A DNA stretch of 63,956 nucleotides, filler included, from Octopus bimaculoides (GCF_001194135.2; 9 parts of 9 records of this genome joined end to end with filler, not necessarily neighbours in it), one strand, 5' to 3'; positions 25,356 through 37,886 are shown, counted from the whole stretch's first letter. The notes: a model not told the origin generated them from the letters alone. Made by a program: numbers and translations.

Positions 25356-25570
25356 AAGGCGGTGAGCTGGCAGAATCGTTAGCACGCCGGGCAAAATGGT
25401 TGGTAGCATTTCGTCCGTCCTTACGTTCTGAGTTCATAATCCGCCGCGGTCGATTTTGCGTTTCATCCCTTTGGAGTCGATAAATTAAGTACCAGTTGAG
25501 TACTGGCGTCAATATTATTGACTGTCCCCCTATCCATAAAATGTAGGCCTTGTGCTTATAGTAAAAAGGA
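25356..25570 (+). mobile_element. SINE-B copy with (TTA)n tail
   Basis: aaggcggtgagctggcagaatcgttagcacgccgggc...gataaattaagtaccagt. Confidence 0.9.
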
Positions 25571-25615
25571 TTATTATTATTATTATTATAATTATTATTA
25601 TCATTATTATTATTA

Positions 25616-25673
<58 letters not shown>

Positions 25674-25681
25674 CATTAGAT

Positions 25682-25850
25682 GAGATGGCAAAATAGTTAG
25701 CATGCCGGACAAAATATTTGGCGGTATTTCGTTCATCTTTATGTTCAGAATTCAAAGTAAGTACCTGTTGAGCACTGGCACTTAATCGAATTCCCCATCT
25801 CCTCAAAATTGCTGGCCTTCTGCCAAAATTTGAAATCATTATTATTATCA
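25682..25850 (+). mobile_element. SINE-B copy, internally deleted
   Basis: Head joined directly to taagtacctgttgagcactgg; short tail ggccttctgccaaaatttgaaa. Confidence 0.75.
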
Positions 25851-25869
25851 ATAACAATGGACTGTTTGA

Positions 25870-26830
25870 CTAGCGGAATCTGTCTGCCTACGGAAAGTAG
25901 AACTATGAAACAGAGCAAGGCATGACGGTCAGGCATTAGTAGTTGGTGGATGCGATGTAGGAATTCGCCACCCGCACCTGCTTCTTTGGGGATTCTTTCC
26001 ATTCAGTCCATTTCTGGGTGACAGTAGCCACCCTGTTCATCACTTCTTTCTATTTCTTGTCCACTTGGAAGTCTGGACTCAACAAACCCCGAGCAATTTA
26101 ACTGATACGTTCGTCCAGCACTGTTGAATGCTATGGACCTGCCACTTCAAGTACCGAACGGCGGGCCCAACAACTTCTGGTTAATTTTTGCTCTTGTTGC
26201 CGTCTCGTATTCCCTTATAGAAGTGTCAATCACCTCAATATGTTTCGTGTTCGACACCATTACAGTGATGTTGTCCGCATATGCAAACACAAATTGTCCA
26301 CATCCTAATTCTAGCGGAATGTCCCTCTAAACAGCCAACTTCTGCAGTAGTGGATTAACGGTGAGTACTTACAAAAGAGGAAACAGGATGTACTTCTGAA
26401 CGATTCTGACAGGTGGCCATTTACTCTGACCACCGAACAAACGCTGCTGCACATTGCAGCGATCCAGCCTTTGAAGACGGGACCGAAACCAGCTACTCTC
26501 TGGATAGCTGCCAAGTACCGATGGTCGACCCTATCGAAAACTTTCGATTAATCCAAATTGATCAAGTTCCCACCCAAGTCAGATCTTTTACCCAACCTTT
26601 CTATAATGTATCGTGTGAATTGGAGGTTGTCATGGATAGATCTGTCAGATATTGTACATGTCTGCGCCTAACCTAGTAAAACTTACCACGACAAGGGCCA
26701 ACCTTTTTGCTAACACCTTGGCCAAAATCTTCAACTTTGCATTTAGCAGAGTTACGGGCCTGAAATTATTAAAATTACCCCACTATTGACTGGGTCCCTT
26801 TTCAGCTGCATCACCTCCCACTTTTGTTCT
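25870..26830 (-). pseudogene. Tx1/L1-clade reverse transcriptase fragment
   Basis: Manual translation: NFRPVTLLNAKLKILAKVLAKRL; IHDNL..RYIIE; LINLD*SKVFDRVDHRYL..AGFGPVFKGWI; VRVNGHLSESF; AYADNITV (YADD-like, 26271-82); YETAT.AKIN. Stops and frameshifts. Confidence 0.9.
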
Positions 26831-27738
26831 GCTGTCAAGTGAAGTAGGCATCTATCAAGTGACCACCGAGAGAAGGGGCAGCGAAGAAAAAAAAGAGAAT
26901 ACACAATATATTTTTTAAAAGCTGAGAGCGCTTTGAAAATTTCTTGTTTCCTTCTCACTTAATCCGTTATTGGTCATTAACGATGCCATATTTCGAACGA
27001 GAAGAAAACAAACAGATGAAGGCAAAAATATATTACAACAAATGTGCTCTTCAGAGCATAATTTAGCGGTCCCCTCTATTCACCCAGTGAAACAGGGACC
27101 TTTAATGTTCTAACAAAAATTGACGAGAGCAAATACATAATAATCCGACAAAACCCCGAGAGCTGACGCGATGCACATATGAACCAAACGATAATAACGA
27201 CTGTAAATATTTCATCAAATATCATTTCTCAGAAATATTTTGGCAATGGAAATTCTAGATGTTTCCATACTTAAATAAACATTCTAAGTTCAACATTTTT
27301 AACATCTCCACCAGGAACTATTTGATAAACACGTCGTCCAAAAATACCATCCAGAAATCACCTCGTAATAGTATTGAGAAAGTAAATTAGAATAGAAACT
27401 GAGGGATTCAGTAAAATATAGACAGGTTAATAGCCATTTGTTTAATAATTTTGCATAATAAATATCATGAAAGTCATCAACAAATTAGAAATTTGTGGTA
27501 CAGGAAGTTCATTAAAAAAAATTTTGTTGATTCAGCAAAACTCTATTATTAATTTTATTTAATGCCAAATTACTGGCACACGTCGTAGCTAATAATTTCT
27601 CCTCTATATTAAAGCCTTGGATTATTTCTTTTTTGTTATATAAGTATATATGCTATTGTTAAATACTTATCGATTACAACTTTGGAAAAATTGTACTCTT
27701 TTTAGGATACATACATACGTATACATATACGGACACAT

Positions 27739-27771
<33 letters not shown>

Positions 27772-28417
27772 TACATACACACATACATACATACATAGTA
27801 TATACATGTGTATGTATGTGTGTGTGTGTGTGTGTGTGTGTTTGATTTCGTAGAATTTTATATCTGTATTTAAGAAATTTTATGGTAAATGATTGAAATA
27901 AACATTGTAAAGGATGAAATGTTGTCGCCATGGCGATAATATTCAATCAGAATTAGTAGACGTTGCTAAAAGTTCTAAAGCATTGAGTAAAGAATTTGTA
28001 AAACAAACGCAGTGACAACTTAATAATGTCTCCATCAAAATGACAGTCTGATAATTTAATTGGCGCATTTATGACATCAAGTACAAATTGTCTATAACAA
28101 TACAAAATAGCGGTTATTTTCCCGGTCTTATTTCAGCATTCTCAATGTATAGATTATTTTATAAATTATTTACTGACAGAGAGAAAAAGTCCTATTCACA
28201 GATATTAACTCATGCAAAAATTAAGGGAGAAATATGGAAACTGATAATCTAACTAAGGTGGTGCGTCTGAAGGAAATCTTCCTCAGTTATTCTCCATTGG
28301 AAGAGTTCCTGTTATAATTTTTAGTATTTCTTTTTTAGCTGAAAATTTTCTTAAAGTCAAGGAAAATTTAAACATGGCATAGAGGCGAAGAGCAGAAAAG
28401 ACTTTGTTGTTCAAGAG

Positions 28418-28552
28418 GCAAAAGAGACCGATAAAATAAGTACCAGAATTTTAAAAAAATAGGTACTGGAGTCGATTCATTCGGCTAAAAATTATTCAAG
28501 GCGGTGCCACTGCATAGCCACAGTCTAATGACTGAAACAAGTAAAAGTTAAA
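28418..28552 (+). mobile_element. SINE-A 3' tail fragment
   Basis: aaagagaccgataaaataagtacc...cagtctaatgactgaaacaagtaaaag. Confidence 0.75.
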
Positions 28553-28579
28553 ACGCAAAACACACACACACACACACAT

Positions 28580-28662
<83 letters not shown>

Positions 28663-28677
28663 TAGATATATATGTGT

Positions 28678-28941
28678 GTGGAGGCACATGGTCGAGTGGT
28701 TAGAGTAGCGGACTCGCGGTCGAGGGATCGGGGGTTCGAATCTCAGAAGGGGCTCCGGTAAAAGGTAATGGCGAACTTCTGCTGACTCTTTCGCCACAAC
28801 TTTCTCTCAACCTTTCCGCTTGCATCTAGCAGCTCACCTGCAACGGACCTGCGTCCCGTCCAGGTGGGGAACCTATACCAGTGAAATAGGGAAACCGGCC
28901 CTAATGAGTCAGGTATGGCTAGAAAAGAAACAAACAACAAC
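28678..28941 (+). mobile_element. SINE-C-related SINE with different 3' tail
   Basis: gtggaggcacatggtcgagtggttagag...gggttcgaatc head and ccacaactttctctca body as in SINE-C; tail cccgtccaggtggggaacc...gaaaccggccc..atgagtcagg..aacaacaac differs. Confidence 0.85.
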
Positions 28942-28970
28942 ATATATATATATATATATATGTATTGTAT

Positions 28971-29130
28971 CAGTTATTAGACTGTGGCCAAGCTGGAGCA
29001 CCGCCTTGTAGAATTTTAATCTAACGAATCAACTCCAGTACTTATTTTATAAGCCCGGTACTTATTATGTCGGTGTCTTCTTCGTACCGCTAAGCCATGA
29101 GGGACATAAACGCACCAACACTATTTGTCA
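28971..29130 (-). mobile_element. SINE-A 3' tail fragment
   Basis: cagttattagactgtggccaagctggagcaccgcc...accgctaag. Confidence 0.75.
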
Positions 29131-29564
29131 ATAAATTTCCAGTATATTATTGGATATATATCTATGTATTCATATCCAAATGCTTACTGTTGCAAGGCAA
29201 TAGTGCAATTGAATAATAGGCATGAGTGGGGGTAAACAGAAATTTATCCAGAGTTTATAAGGCAAAGAATTAACAAACATCCATTGGATCTATTTATTAA
29301 TTACAATCATATGTATAAATAAGTAAATAAAAAAGTAAATAAATAAATGAATAGGAATAAATGAGTGAATAATACTATACCCTTACAGCTGTCTCTACTT
29401 TGATTCGATCCCAATAGTCAAGGCTTGTCATGTCATCCTCCGCAGACCTCCGCCAAGCAGCTCATTTTAAGATAAATACGCGAGTAAAATTACTAATAGA
29501 GAAACGAAAATAAACTTTAGAAACAGCAACGCTACCATAGGTTACGTGCAAAAATGAACGTGTT

Positions 29565-29832
29565 TTCAAGGGAGATAATCAAAGAATGTAACATTATAAT
29601 ACTTCATGTAAAGTAAATATAACAAATGAAAATCATTCAAGAATCCATAAAAATTCCCGGATCACTACCAAAATTTCATCATCTGTTCCTTGTGTCATTA
29701 CCAACGTTTCCTGTAAGTTTCATCAAATACCGTTTACAACTTTTTGAATTATTTTGCACACAGACGGACAGACGGACAGACGGACAAACCAACGCCGATG
29801 AAAACATAACCTCCTTCCTTGGTGGAGGTAAA
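29565..29832 (+). mobile_element. Non-autonomous Helentron-associated (HINE/pearl-like) element, 3' end
   Basis: aagtttcatcaaatacc...(GACG/GACA)n...gaaaacataacctcc-ttccttggt-ggaggta terminal stem-loop (29809-29829). Family assignment from recalled architecture. Confidence 0.6.
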
Positions 29833-30007
29833 AATAGTGAGAAATGGTAAAGAAGCCAATTCCAGAGTAATATCCATAGGTTATGAGATTACATCTTATT
29901 TCAGTTTACTGGGGGATATAGCAAGGGTCATATGATTGTAATTAATAAATAGATCGAACGGATATCTGCAGGCTGATGTTTATTAATAAATTATCTTATT
30001 CTTTGCT

Positions 30008-30130
<123 letters not shown>

Positions 30131-30229
30131 AAGAGATAGATAGTTAGATATAGATAAATAGATAAATTTACTTGGAAATGGATGCGTAGCGTTCAATGAA
30201 GTAATAATATGAATAGTACATATATATGC

Positions 30230-30458
30230 ATATATGGGTACAAGACGTCACAGACCGTAAACAACATGAAATACGAAAACAAATGAGCTGAATACGCAAA
30301 CAACGAGAGAAACAATTGGAAAACAGGACAAGTAACATAAGGAACGACTCTACATCAGCTGTCGGCTGTCCATCAACTCTTCATTTAAGCACTGAACAAC
30401 AATATAAGTCTTCGTTTTTCATGTTTTTGACTGTTTGTGACGTCCTGTACCCATATAT
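30230..30458. mobile_element. 229-bp element with 48-bp terminal inverted repeats
   Basis: 30230-30277 vs reverse complement of 30411-30458: 42/48 identical by manual alignment. Confidence 0.75.
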
Positions 30459-30587
30459 TCATATATATNNNNNNNNNNNNNNNNNNNNNNNNNNNNNNNN
30501 NNNNNNNNNNNNTTAATTAATTAANNNNNNNNNNNNNNNNNNNNNNNNNNNNNNNNNNNNNNNNNNNNCTTATGGGCCAAAATTGCT

Positions 30588-30840
30588 TGTGGTGTGATGG
30601 AGGAAAAAGACAACAAGAAGCAAAAGGACAGAATGAAACGTTGGACCTTACCTTGTCGACCGCAGCGGAGTACACGATCGCTCCTGATCAGAACACGTCT
30701 TTCTCGTAACCTCTCTGTTTTCTAACTGACTCCACGTGCTAGCCTTCGACCGCGTGTCACCGACTTCCGATCTGACTTCACCTGTTTGCCTCACCCCTCT
30801 CCACCACAACACACAGCTCATCACAGCCCATAACACCACA
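30588..30840. mobile_element. Possible solo LTR or short TIR element (TG...CA)
   Basis: Termini tgtggtgtgatgg / ccataacaccaca (12/13 inverted match); GC-richer than flanks; no TSD seen. Confidence 0.4.
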
Positions 30841-31419
30841 GGGAGTTAATCTGGAAAACATATTCTTGAACTACACTGTATTATATGCTTTATGGTGATG
30901 TAACTATTTGTCTTTATTACCTTGCAGTTGTTCTTTGATTCTTTCACTGTAATATAGCAACTAAACAGTTGTAGCATATAGGCATTGTAAAATATTACTT
31001 GAATTTTAAATGAATAGAATGGTTTGAAATGAAGAATTAATACCAACTAATTTTTTAAAATGCCAATAACACTGGTCAACACATTTTTTGCCAACTTTGG
31101 TTTTGTGATTGTTTTTAGTTAATTTTGAGATGCTGATTTCAAATATGGTACCCATTTTTTTTCCTAACACATCAGGTTTGCATTCTATAACATACCTCTA
31201 TTTTATGATGTGCTGTATAAATAATTTACTTGGTCAAGATAGTTTACTAAGTCTTATAGCTTCAAACCATGTTATAAATGTCAATAGAATATGAAATGTA
31301 AGACAGCATCACCTTTTACTAAATACATACTGTTAATTTTCTAATATGATGAATAAAGCACAAACCATCATACATTTACCTTCATATTCATGGAACAAAT
31401 TTTCGCTTGCGAGAACATA

Positions 31420-33330
31420 GAGTATTTCATGTCTACATAGTCTCTTTGAATACTCCAACAGTAGTCTGCCGTCATGTGTGTTCCATTAGCCTTGATATCT
31501 CTCCTCCATAATCTTGATTGTTTGATGAAAATGCTCACCATGCTCATTGTTCACGTCTCCAAGATGAGCAGGAAATCCATTGAGACGGCTATTAAGAAAA
31601 TGAAGCTTTATGCTCATGTTGCAGTCTAAAAGATGAATCCTTGTAGTTTGCAGCCTTTTCACTCCCCTCAAAATCCTTTCACAACAGTCACAAATGAATC
31701 CCATGTTCTTTTTTCTATGTCAGCCATCAAGCTCGAGAAATTCTGGCATTTTGTTAACTTTCTGATTTATGGCCCTTCAAAAACACCTGCTGTTATTTTA
31801 TCATAACTTTGACCAGCAAATGTACATATGAATTTGAAACAGTTACCTTCCACATTAAGAGCTTTGACTAATTACTTCATTAGTTCTAGTTTAATATGAA
31901 GGGGTGGAAAGATGATTTTCTTTTGTTCAACAAGTGGTGGGTGTATGATATTCTTTTCCCCATCAGTCAAACTTCCTAACTGGCCAGAGTTTATATTCCC
32001 AATGTTTGTCTCTCACTTGGTTATCCCATAAACACAGGAAACACAGATATTTTGTATACCCCCCTTGTTGACCAAGTAAAAAGTTGACCATTTTTAGATC
32101 CACACATGACCCATTTGTGTTCATCATACTTAAGTAAATCTAGTACAACTTTTATGTGATCGTAATTCTCTTTTAAGTGCAAAGAGTAACCAATAGGAAG
32201 TGCACCAAACAAGTTTCCATTATAGAGTAATACACATTCTAAACTTCTTTGAATTATCTATAAAGAGTCTCCATTCACTAGGATCATACGGTTCAACACC
32301 CATCACGTTTAACAGTCCTGCCACGTCACAACAGTAAACAAAATCTTTTCCATTTGTAAAGAATATCAAGAGACCTTTTTCCTTGTTCTGATAAATCACG
32401 TTTTTTTTTTTCTTTCTGCAACAAATTCTTCTCTTTAAGTCTCGAAGCTAACAGTTCTGATAACTCTTTTGACAGTCCTAGATCTCTAACTAAATGACAC
32501 AAGCTCTCTTCCACAGAGGACAGGTGTGACTTATTGACACACTACTGAATTGTGAAGAAGACAAGTATATAAGCCACATTTGCATTAAAAGCTGTTTGAT
32601 TATCATCTTGTATATTTTTCCTCCTTTTTTTTTTTTTTGTCCCACATGAAAAGACTTGCCTGGTTGAAGTTTTCATTTTCCTTGGTTGAATGTTTCTACA
32701 AAGTCTGTATCACTGTCATCTTTATGATTGACATCTACTTCACATATATCACTTTCACCTTGCAGTGAAGGCAGATCTTTGAAAGCAAGTATTAGTGTTC
32801 CATTTGAGTGAAGCACTGGATGAATTGCTGAATCCAGATTTGGGTAACTTATTTTCTGTTGCGTTTTCTTACTATAAATAGAGGTCTTCATGAGACAAAA
32901 GTAACAATCGTTTACATGGTTCTTTGGCTCCCACCATATCATAGGAATGTCAAATGTTAGTTGTTTCCTTGTGCCTTTTGTCTATTGGTGTTGATTTTCG
33001 ACATACGGTTTACATACATTGTGCGGGTCCACAATTTATCCTGATCACCAACTTTAATCTTTAAGCCAAGTAGGATCTTCTCACAATGTCATTAACATTC
33101 ATCCTTTGACTTGGTACTGTAAAACACCCACATCATCATCATCATCATCATCATCATCGTTTAACGTCCGCTTTCCATGCTAGCATGGGTTGGACGATTT
33201 GACTGAGGACTGGTGAAACCGGATGGCAACACCAGGCTCCAATCTAATTTGGCAGAGTTTCTACAGCTGGATGCCCTTCCTAACGCCATGTGTAACAAAA
33301 AGAGTCAGGGGAATTCAAACATTTCAAACA
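31420..33330 (-). pseudogene. Transposase pseudogene of the Chapaev-like element
   Basis: NSPDSFCYTCG; GDQDKLW; MIWWEPKNHVNDCYFC; LVRDLGLSKELSELLASRLKEKNLL; EWRLFIDNSK; PPLHIKL; NMSIKLHFLNS..EHGEHFHQTIK.MEERYQG; MTADYCW. Interrupted by two insertions. Confidence 0.88.
33131..33288 (-). mobile_element. Tail-F: RTE-type 3' end with (GAT)n tail, inserted in transposase
   Basis: Minus: tggcgttaggaagggcatccagctgtagaaac...catggaaagcggacgttaaacgatgatg. Confidence 0.85.
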
Positions 33331-34070
33331 TGGAGCTACAGGTGGGGCCAATATGGGCCAGCCCATAGAAAGAAAAACTAGACATGATACAAAAAAACTA
33401 TTGCCATTTCAAAACTCAGTGACCCCAAATTACCCCAAAACTGACTCAAACTTAGGTCAGCAGATAAAAAGTTAGAATTTGTTGGACAGTGTAATTGATA
33501 AATTCACATCTCTACTAGGGTGATGCTTATTTGGAATCAGTACCCCCAAATTAGCTTATCCACAAACTGCTTTCACCTACAAAGAAGCAAAATTGTTACA
33601 GACCAGTGTAATCTAATCTAATTTACAATATAGTTTATTTAAATTCAACTTATATATTTCATTTATTGTCTCAGTTTAAAGGAAAAAAACCTTCAGATTT
33701 AACAACTCATGATTTTTGTATCTTCTTTCTTTTAGACAGATCGAGCTTCACATGTTTAATCTTGTTAAGGCTTAATTTCTGGATGTATACTAGATTTGTT
33801 GTCACTTTGAGAAGATCAAAGTAGACTCAACTTTGTATATGACAGTAGAGAAATTTGATCCTTTCTTTTGATGTACTCTCAGTATGGACACTTTTCTTTA
33901 GTTAACTTCTTAGAGGATAACCATTGCTTGTCTGCTAGCTGTTTGAACATCCAAATTCTTAGCTCAGCTTCTGCTTTATAGCTAGTGATTTTCAAAACTT
34001 CATGTAAGAGGAGGATCACCAAAATGTTACTGTTGTTGCACTGATTTTAAGTGCCTATAGCAGTGCTTAA

Positions 34071-34280
34071 CCCTCTAAGGTTGAGTATAAATAGCAAGTC
34101 TTTTCATGTGGGACAAAAAAAAAAAGAGGAAAAATATACAAGATGATAATCAAATAGCTTTTAACGCAAATGTGGCTTATATACTTGTCTTCTTCACAAT
34201 TCAGTAGTGTGTCAATAAGCCACACCTGTCCTCTGTGGAAGAGAGCTTGTGTCAATAAGCCACACCCAACCTTTAAAGGG
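34071..34280. mobile_element. TTAA-flanked MITE (piggyBac-like termini)
   Basis: TTAA|ccctctaaggttgag ... cccaacctttaaaggg|TTAA. Confidence 0.8.
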
Positions 34281-34966
34281 TTAAGTAACCCTCTCAGCAG
34301 AAGGGTGGGTGTGTTAATCATGTATTCAATGAAGTTATGAAGATGAGAAAGATTACTGCTACAGGAAATCATGTAATATTAATATGCTTCCAATTTATGT
34401 TGGTTAGGAAATGTTTATATTGATGAACTAAATGAAGTCAGGAGTATATTTCATAAAGAAGGAAAACAATTTTGTTTAATATGCTGATAAAAGACAAAGA
34501 AAAAGCTACAAGATTGTTTGGAAAATGCTGAGTTTTAAAAGGAAATATTTAAAGCATAAAATGCTGCATTACAGAAAATTAGAAATTTTCATTTACAATG
34601 CATTACTAAACAGAAGCAAGGTGAACACTGTTTTAAAATAATTCCCATAAAGTACATTGCTTTCTTTTAATAATTCTAGCAACAGTACATAATTTTTACA
34701 AACAAATTAAATTTCTTTATTTACAATGAATAAAATACTTGATAAAAATAGAAAATGTAACAACTTGAGATCTTTTTAGACTCAAGTATTTCAAATGTTT
34801 TTAATCAAAAGAATAAACTGAATTTGGAGTTAACGTATAGAGCTCTTTTGTATATTTGTTTTTCTTTTTTTTTTTTTACAGTTTTATTCTATTCAATTTA
34901 TAGCAATGCTCAAAATGAAGTAGAGAGTTATTATATGATCCCAGAAGTAAAAAAAAGTAGTAGCAG

Positions 34967-35020
<54 letters not shown>

Positions 35021-35549
35021 CACACAGAAAAGATACTTTGACATTGAACAAGAGAAAAAAATATGCATTTGGATAATCTTGAATACGTTTGAACAGTTAC
35101 CTACATTCTGTTATGTGATCTGGTGATAGCTGGTCAAATACTTTGGTGCAACTCACATATCCAACACTTTAGATATTTCATATCCCCATCTGAATGTTAT
35201 GTAGTCCAAACTCTTCTGAGATCAGAACAGTTCTGATTCAGAAGACAATGAAAAACATTCCATCTGTAACCATTCTGTCTTTTATCAAACAGCATATATT
35301 GGACTTTATTTACTGTTTCCTTTTAAAATGGTAACATGTCATTTGAGGCAGATATGGCAACTATTTTTAGGAGATTAAGAATTGTAATGCCTACTGCTGT
35401 ATATTAAAGATGGAGTTAGTCTAGCCATATTATGTCATATACTGCTTAATCTACTCTTATTAGTCTCCAAGATCTAGTGAGAGAACCTTTATGCAGCCAC
35501 AGTACTACTAGTAACAGCAGATTCAAACTGGTCCTGGAATGCTTGTTAA

Positions 35550-35771
35550 CCCTTTTGTTACTGTATTTATTTTGAGATGTTCTGTGTTTCTTTCACTTAA
35601 TTTTAAATATAACAAAGAATTTAGTAAAATAACTTACTTATCATTAAGCTGGTGTTAGGAACATAAATTGTGACTAAGGTTTGGTGGAAGATTTTAATTC
35701 AAAACTTATGAAAACAAGACATTTGTACTACAGGGCCAGAGGCAGTTTCAGCCAGGTTGGTACCGAAAGGG
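35550..35771. mobile_element. TTAA-flanked MITE (piggyBac-like termini), second family
   Basis: TTAA|cccttttgttac ... gtaccgaaaggg|TTAA (10/12 inverted match). Confidence 0.85.
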
Positions 35772-36204
35772 TTAATAAGGGATAAATTGACTGATACTGG
35801 GCCCCACTCATGCACTCAGTTCAGTAAATAGAAAAATATAATTACATTTATATGTAATTAGAAACAAATGAACTCATGATCCACATAAATTATATTTATT
35901 GGTAAAATGCATACACAACAGTTATTTATATAATGTTCTATAGATAAAAGAGATGTAAAATGCTAGATATTAAAAATAGGATATTAAATAGGAAAACTTT
36001 CCTATCCCTCAGTTCATATTGGTTACATTTTCAAGGGCATTACGTTTCTTCACCTCATCTTTGCACACTACAAAAAGAAGAAAATCATCGAGTCATATTA
36101 AAAACACACTTGTTTTGCCTAGAGACAACTCTTTGTTATCCTCCACCCACCCTTTATTCATTATGATCTTAGCATATACAAGAAGAATATCAGAAAATTT
36201 CATA

Positions 36205-36360
36205 GTCATGTAGTAAGAAGTTTGCTTCACAACCACACGGTTCCAGATTTAATCCAACTACATGACACCTTGGGTAAGTCGCTTCTACTATAGTCCCAGG
36301 CTGATCAAAGCCTCGTGAGTGGATTTGGTAGACAGAAACTGAAGGAAACCCATTGCATAC
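36205..36360 (+). mobile_element. SINE-A head, CpG-decayed
   Basis: gtagtaagaagtttgcttcacaaccac...gtgagtggatttggtagacagaaactg. Confidence 0.8.
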
Positions 36361-36369
36361 ATATGTATA

Positions 36370-36876
36370 TGAAGTGCATTCAAAAAGTATGACTGTTTTT
36401 CCATCAAAATTTATGCTGCATGGGCAAAATCCCTTGGTGGGATGTGACACCACCCTTCCTGCACATGACTATTCACCAAACCTTCTCAATTGAGTCTTTG
36501 TTTCAGCTTGTAGATGGCCTACCTAAGTATGCCTCACTCTCCAATGAGATGCAGTCATGTTTGAAGTGGTTGTACCACTTACTGATCTGAGTTTTACCCT
36601 TAGTGTCATTGCCAAAGGTTAGCTGAATCTTCTGCAAGGTTTGAGCATGAACATCAAGTTTCTGGCAAAACTCAATGCAATATCACTGCATTGATGCATT
36701 CAATGAAAACGAAAACCTGAGAAGTGCAGACTACATGGCTAAACTCTAAGCACAACAACTGGGAATTGACACAGCCTACTTGAAGGGTGGTGTCACCTCC
36801 CACTCACAGGATTTTACCCATGCAGCAGTAGTCTTGGCAGGAAATAACAAGTCAGATACTTTTTGAATGCACTCTG
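36370..36876 (-). mobile_element. Internally deleted mariner element
   Basis: TA-flanked long imperfect TIRs (gtgcattcaaaaagtat / atactttttgaatgcac plus inner gggcaaaatcc..gtgacaccacccttc match). Minus translation CIEFCQKL..QKIQLTFG..TQISKWYNHFK..SLESE..GRPST is a mariner HTH N-terminus. Confidence 0.88.
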
Positions 36877-36939
36877 TAGGTATAAATGTGTATGTCTGTG
36901 TGTGTGTTACTGTCTCCTTGCCTTGATATTGTATGGTAG

Positions 36940-37262
36940 TTGTAAATGAGCATCAGTGTCCTTCATTTCCAACATTCTGCAGAAATGTTTGTTCATGGGG
37001 AAATAGTACCTTACTTGGAAACAGGTGAGGGTTAGTGGCAGGAAGGACATCCAGCCATAGAAAATCTGCCTTGACAAATTCCATCCAACACATTCAAGCA
37101 TGGAAAAATGGGCATTAAACTGCTGTAAAGTGATTGAAGAGCATCCAGCTATAAATATGCTAAAGCAGATGAGGAGCATGATGCAGTCTTTGGATTCACT
37201 GGAGCCTGTTGAATCTTCCAACCACTGCCAGCATAAAATATGGATGTTAAATGATGATAACA
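36940..37262 (+). mobile_element. Tail-F-related fragments (diverged)
   Basis: ggcaggaaggacatccagccatagaaaatc...catggaaaaatgggcattaaa; second end ggatgttaaatgatgat. Confidence 0.7.
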
Positions 37263-37886
37263 ATGACTCAGACATTAGGTTAAATTAGCTTGAAGTAGTT
37301 GTGAGTATTAAGGATTTTTTCACTGTTTTACAATCATGTTTTGAAGTATTTAGAATTGTAAGTCAAAGTGTGTGAATGAATCAGAAAACTGAGAAGCATT
37401 TGCTAAACAAAGAAAACGGGGGAATAGTGAATAAAACAAAATGAAAGATACAATAACAAGAAAAGCTACCAGAAACAATCAGGATGGATTTATGTCAACA
37501 CTTACCTGTGATAAAGAAGGTAAAGAAGTTGTACTAAAGTTGAGAAATTAAAGTGGTTTCTGAGAGATCAAGTGATAGCAGTTTGGAAGAAACCCAAAGA
37601 TTCTGTATTCCTGATAAGAGATTTGCTAGAGAAGCAGTAAAGTGTTTTGAGTTTCATTACACATTAGAATATTTTCAGACATTTTTGAGAAGAAAAACCA
37701 ATATCAAAAATATTCTCAACTCACTTCATGACAGGTTTCAGTATAACCCAGTCCTTAGCAGAATTTCAAACTTTAATTAAAAAAATCTAAGAATAATCAT
37801 TAAAAAATTCAGTAAGATTTCTGTTTCACTAATAAATAAAAAACATTTTCTGTATACATCTGGACATCTGAGAGATCTAATATTAG

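Larger units (their letters stand above)
31070..33491 (-). mobile_element. Chapaev3-like (CMC) DNA transposon, decayed, full-length
   Basis: Termini cactggtcaacacatt / aatttgttggacagtg, both flanked by TAA (3-bp TSD). Family name from recalled motifs. Confidence 0.7.
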
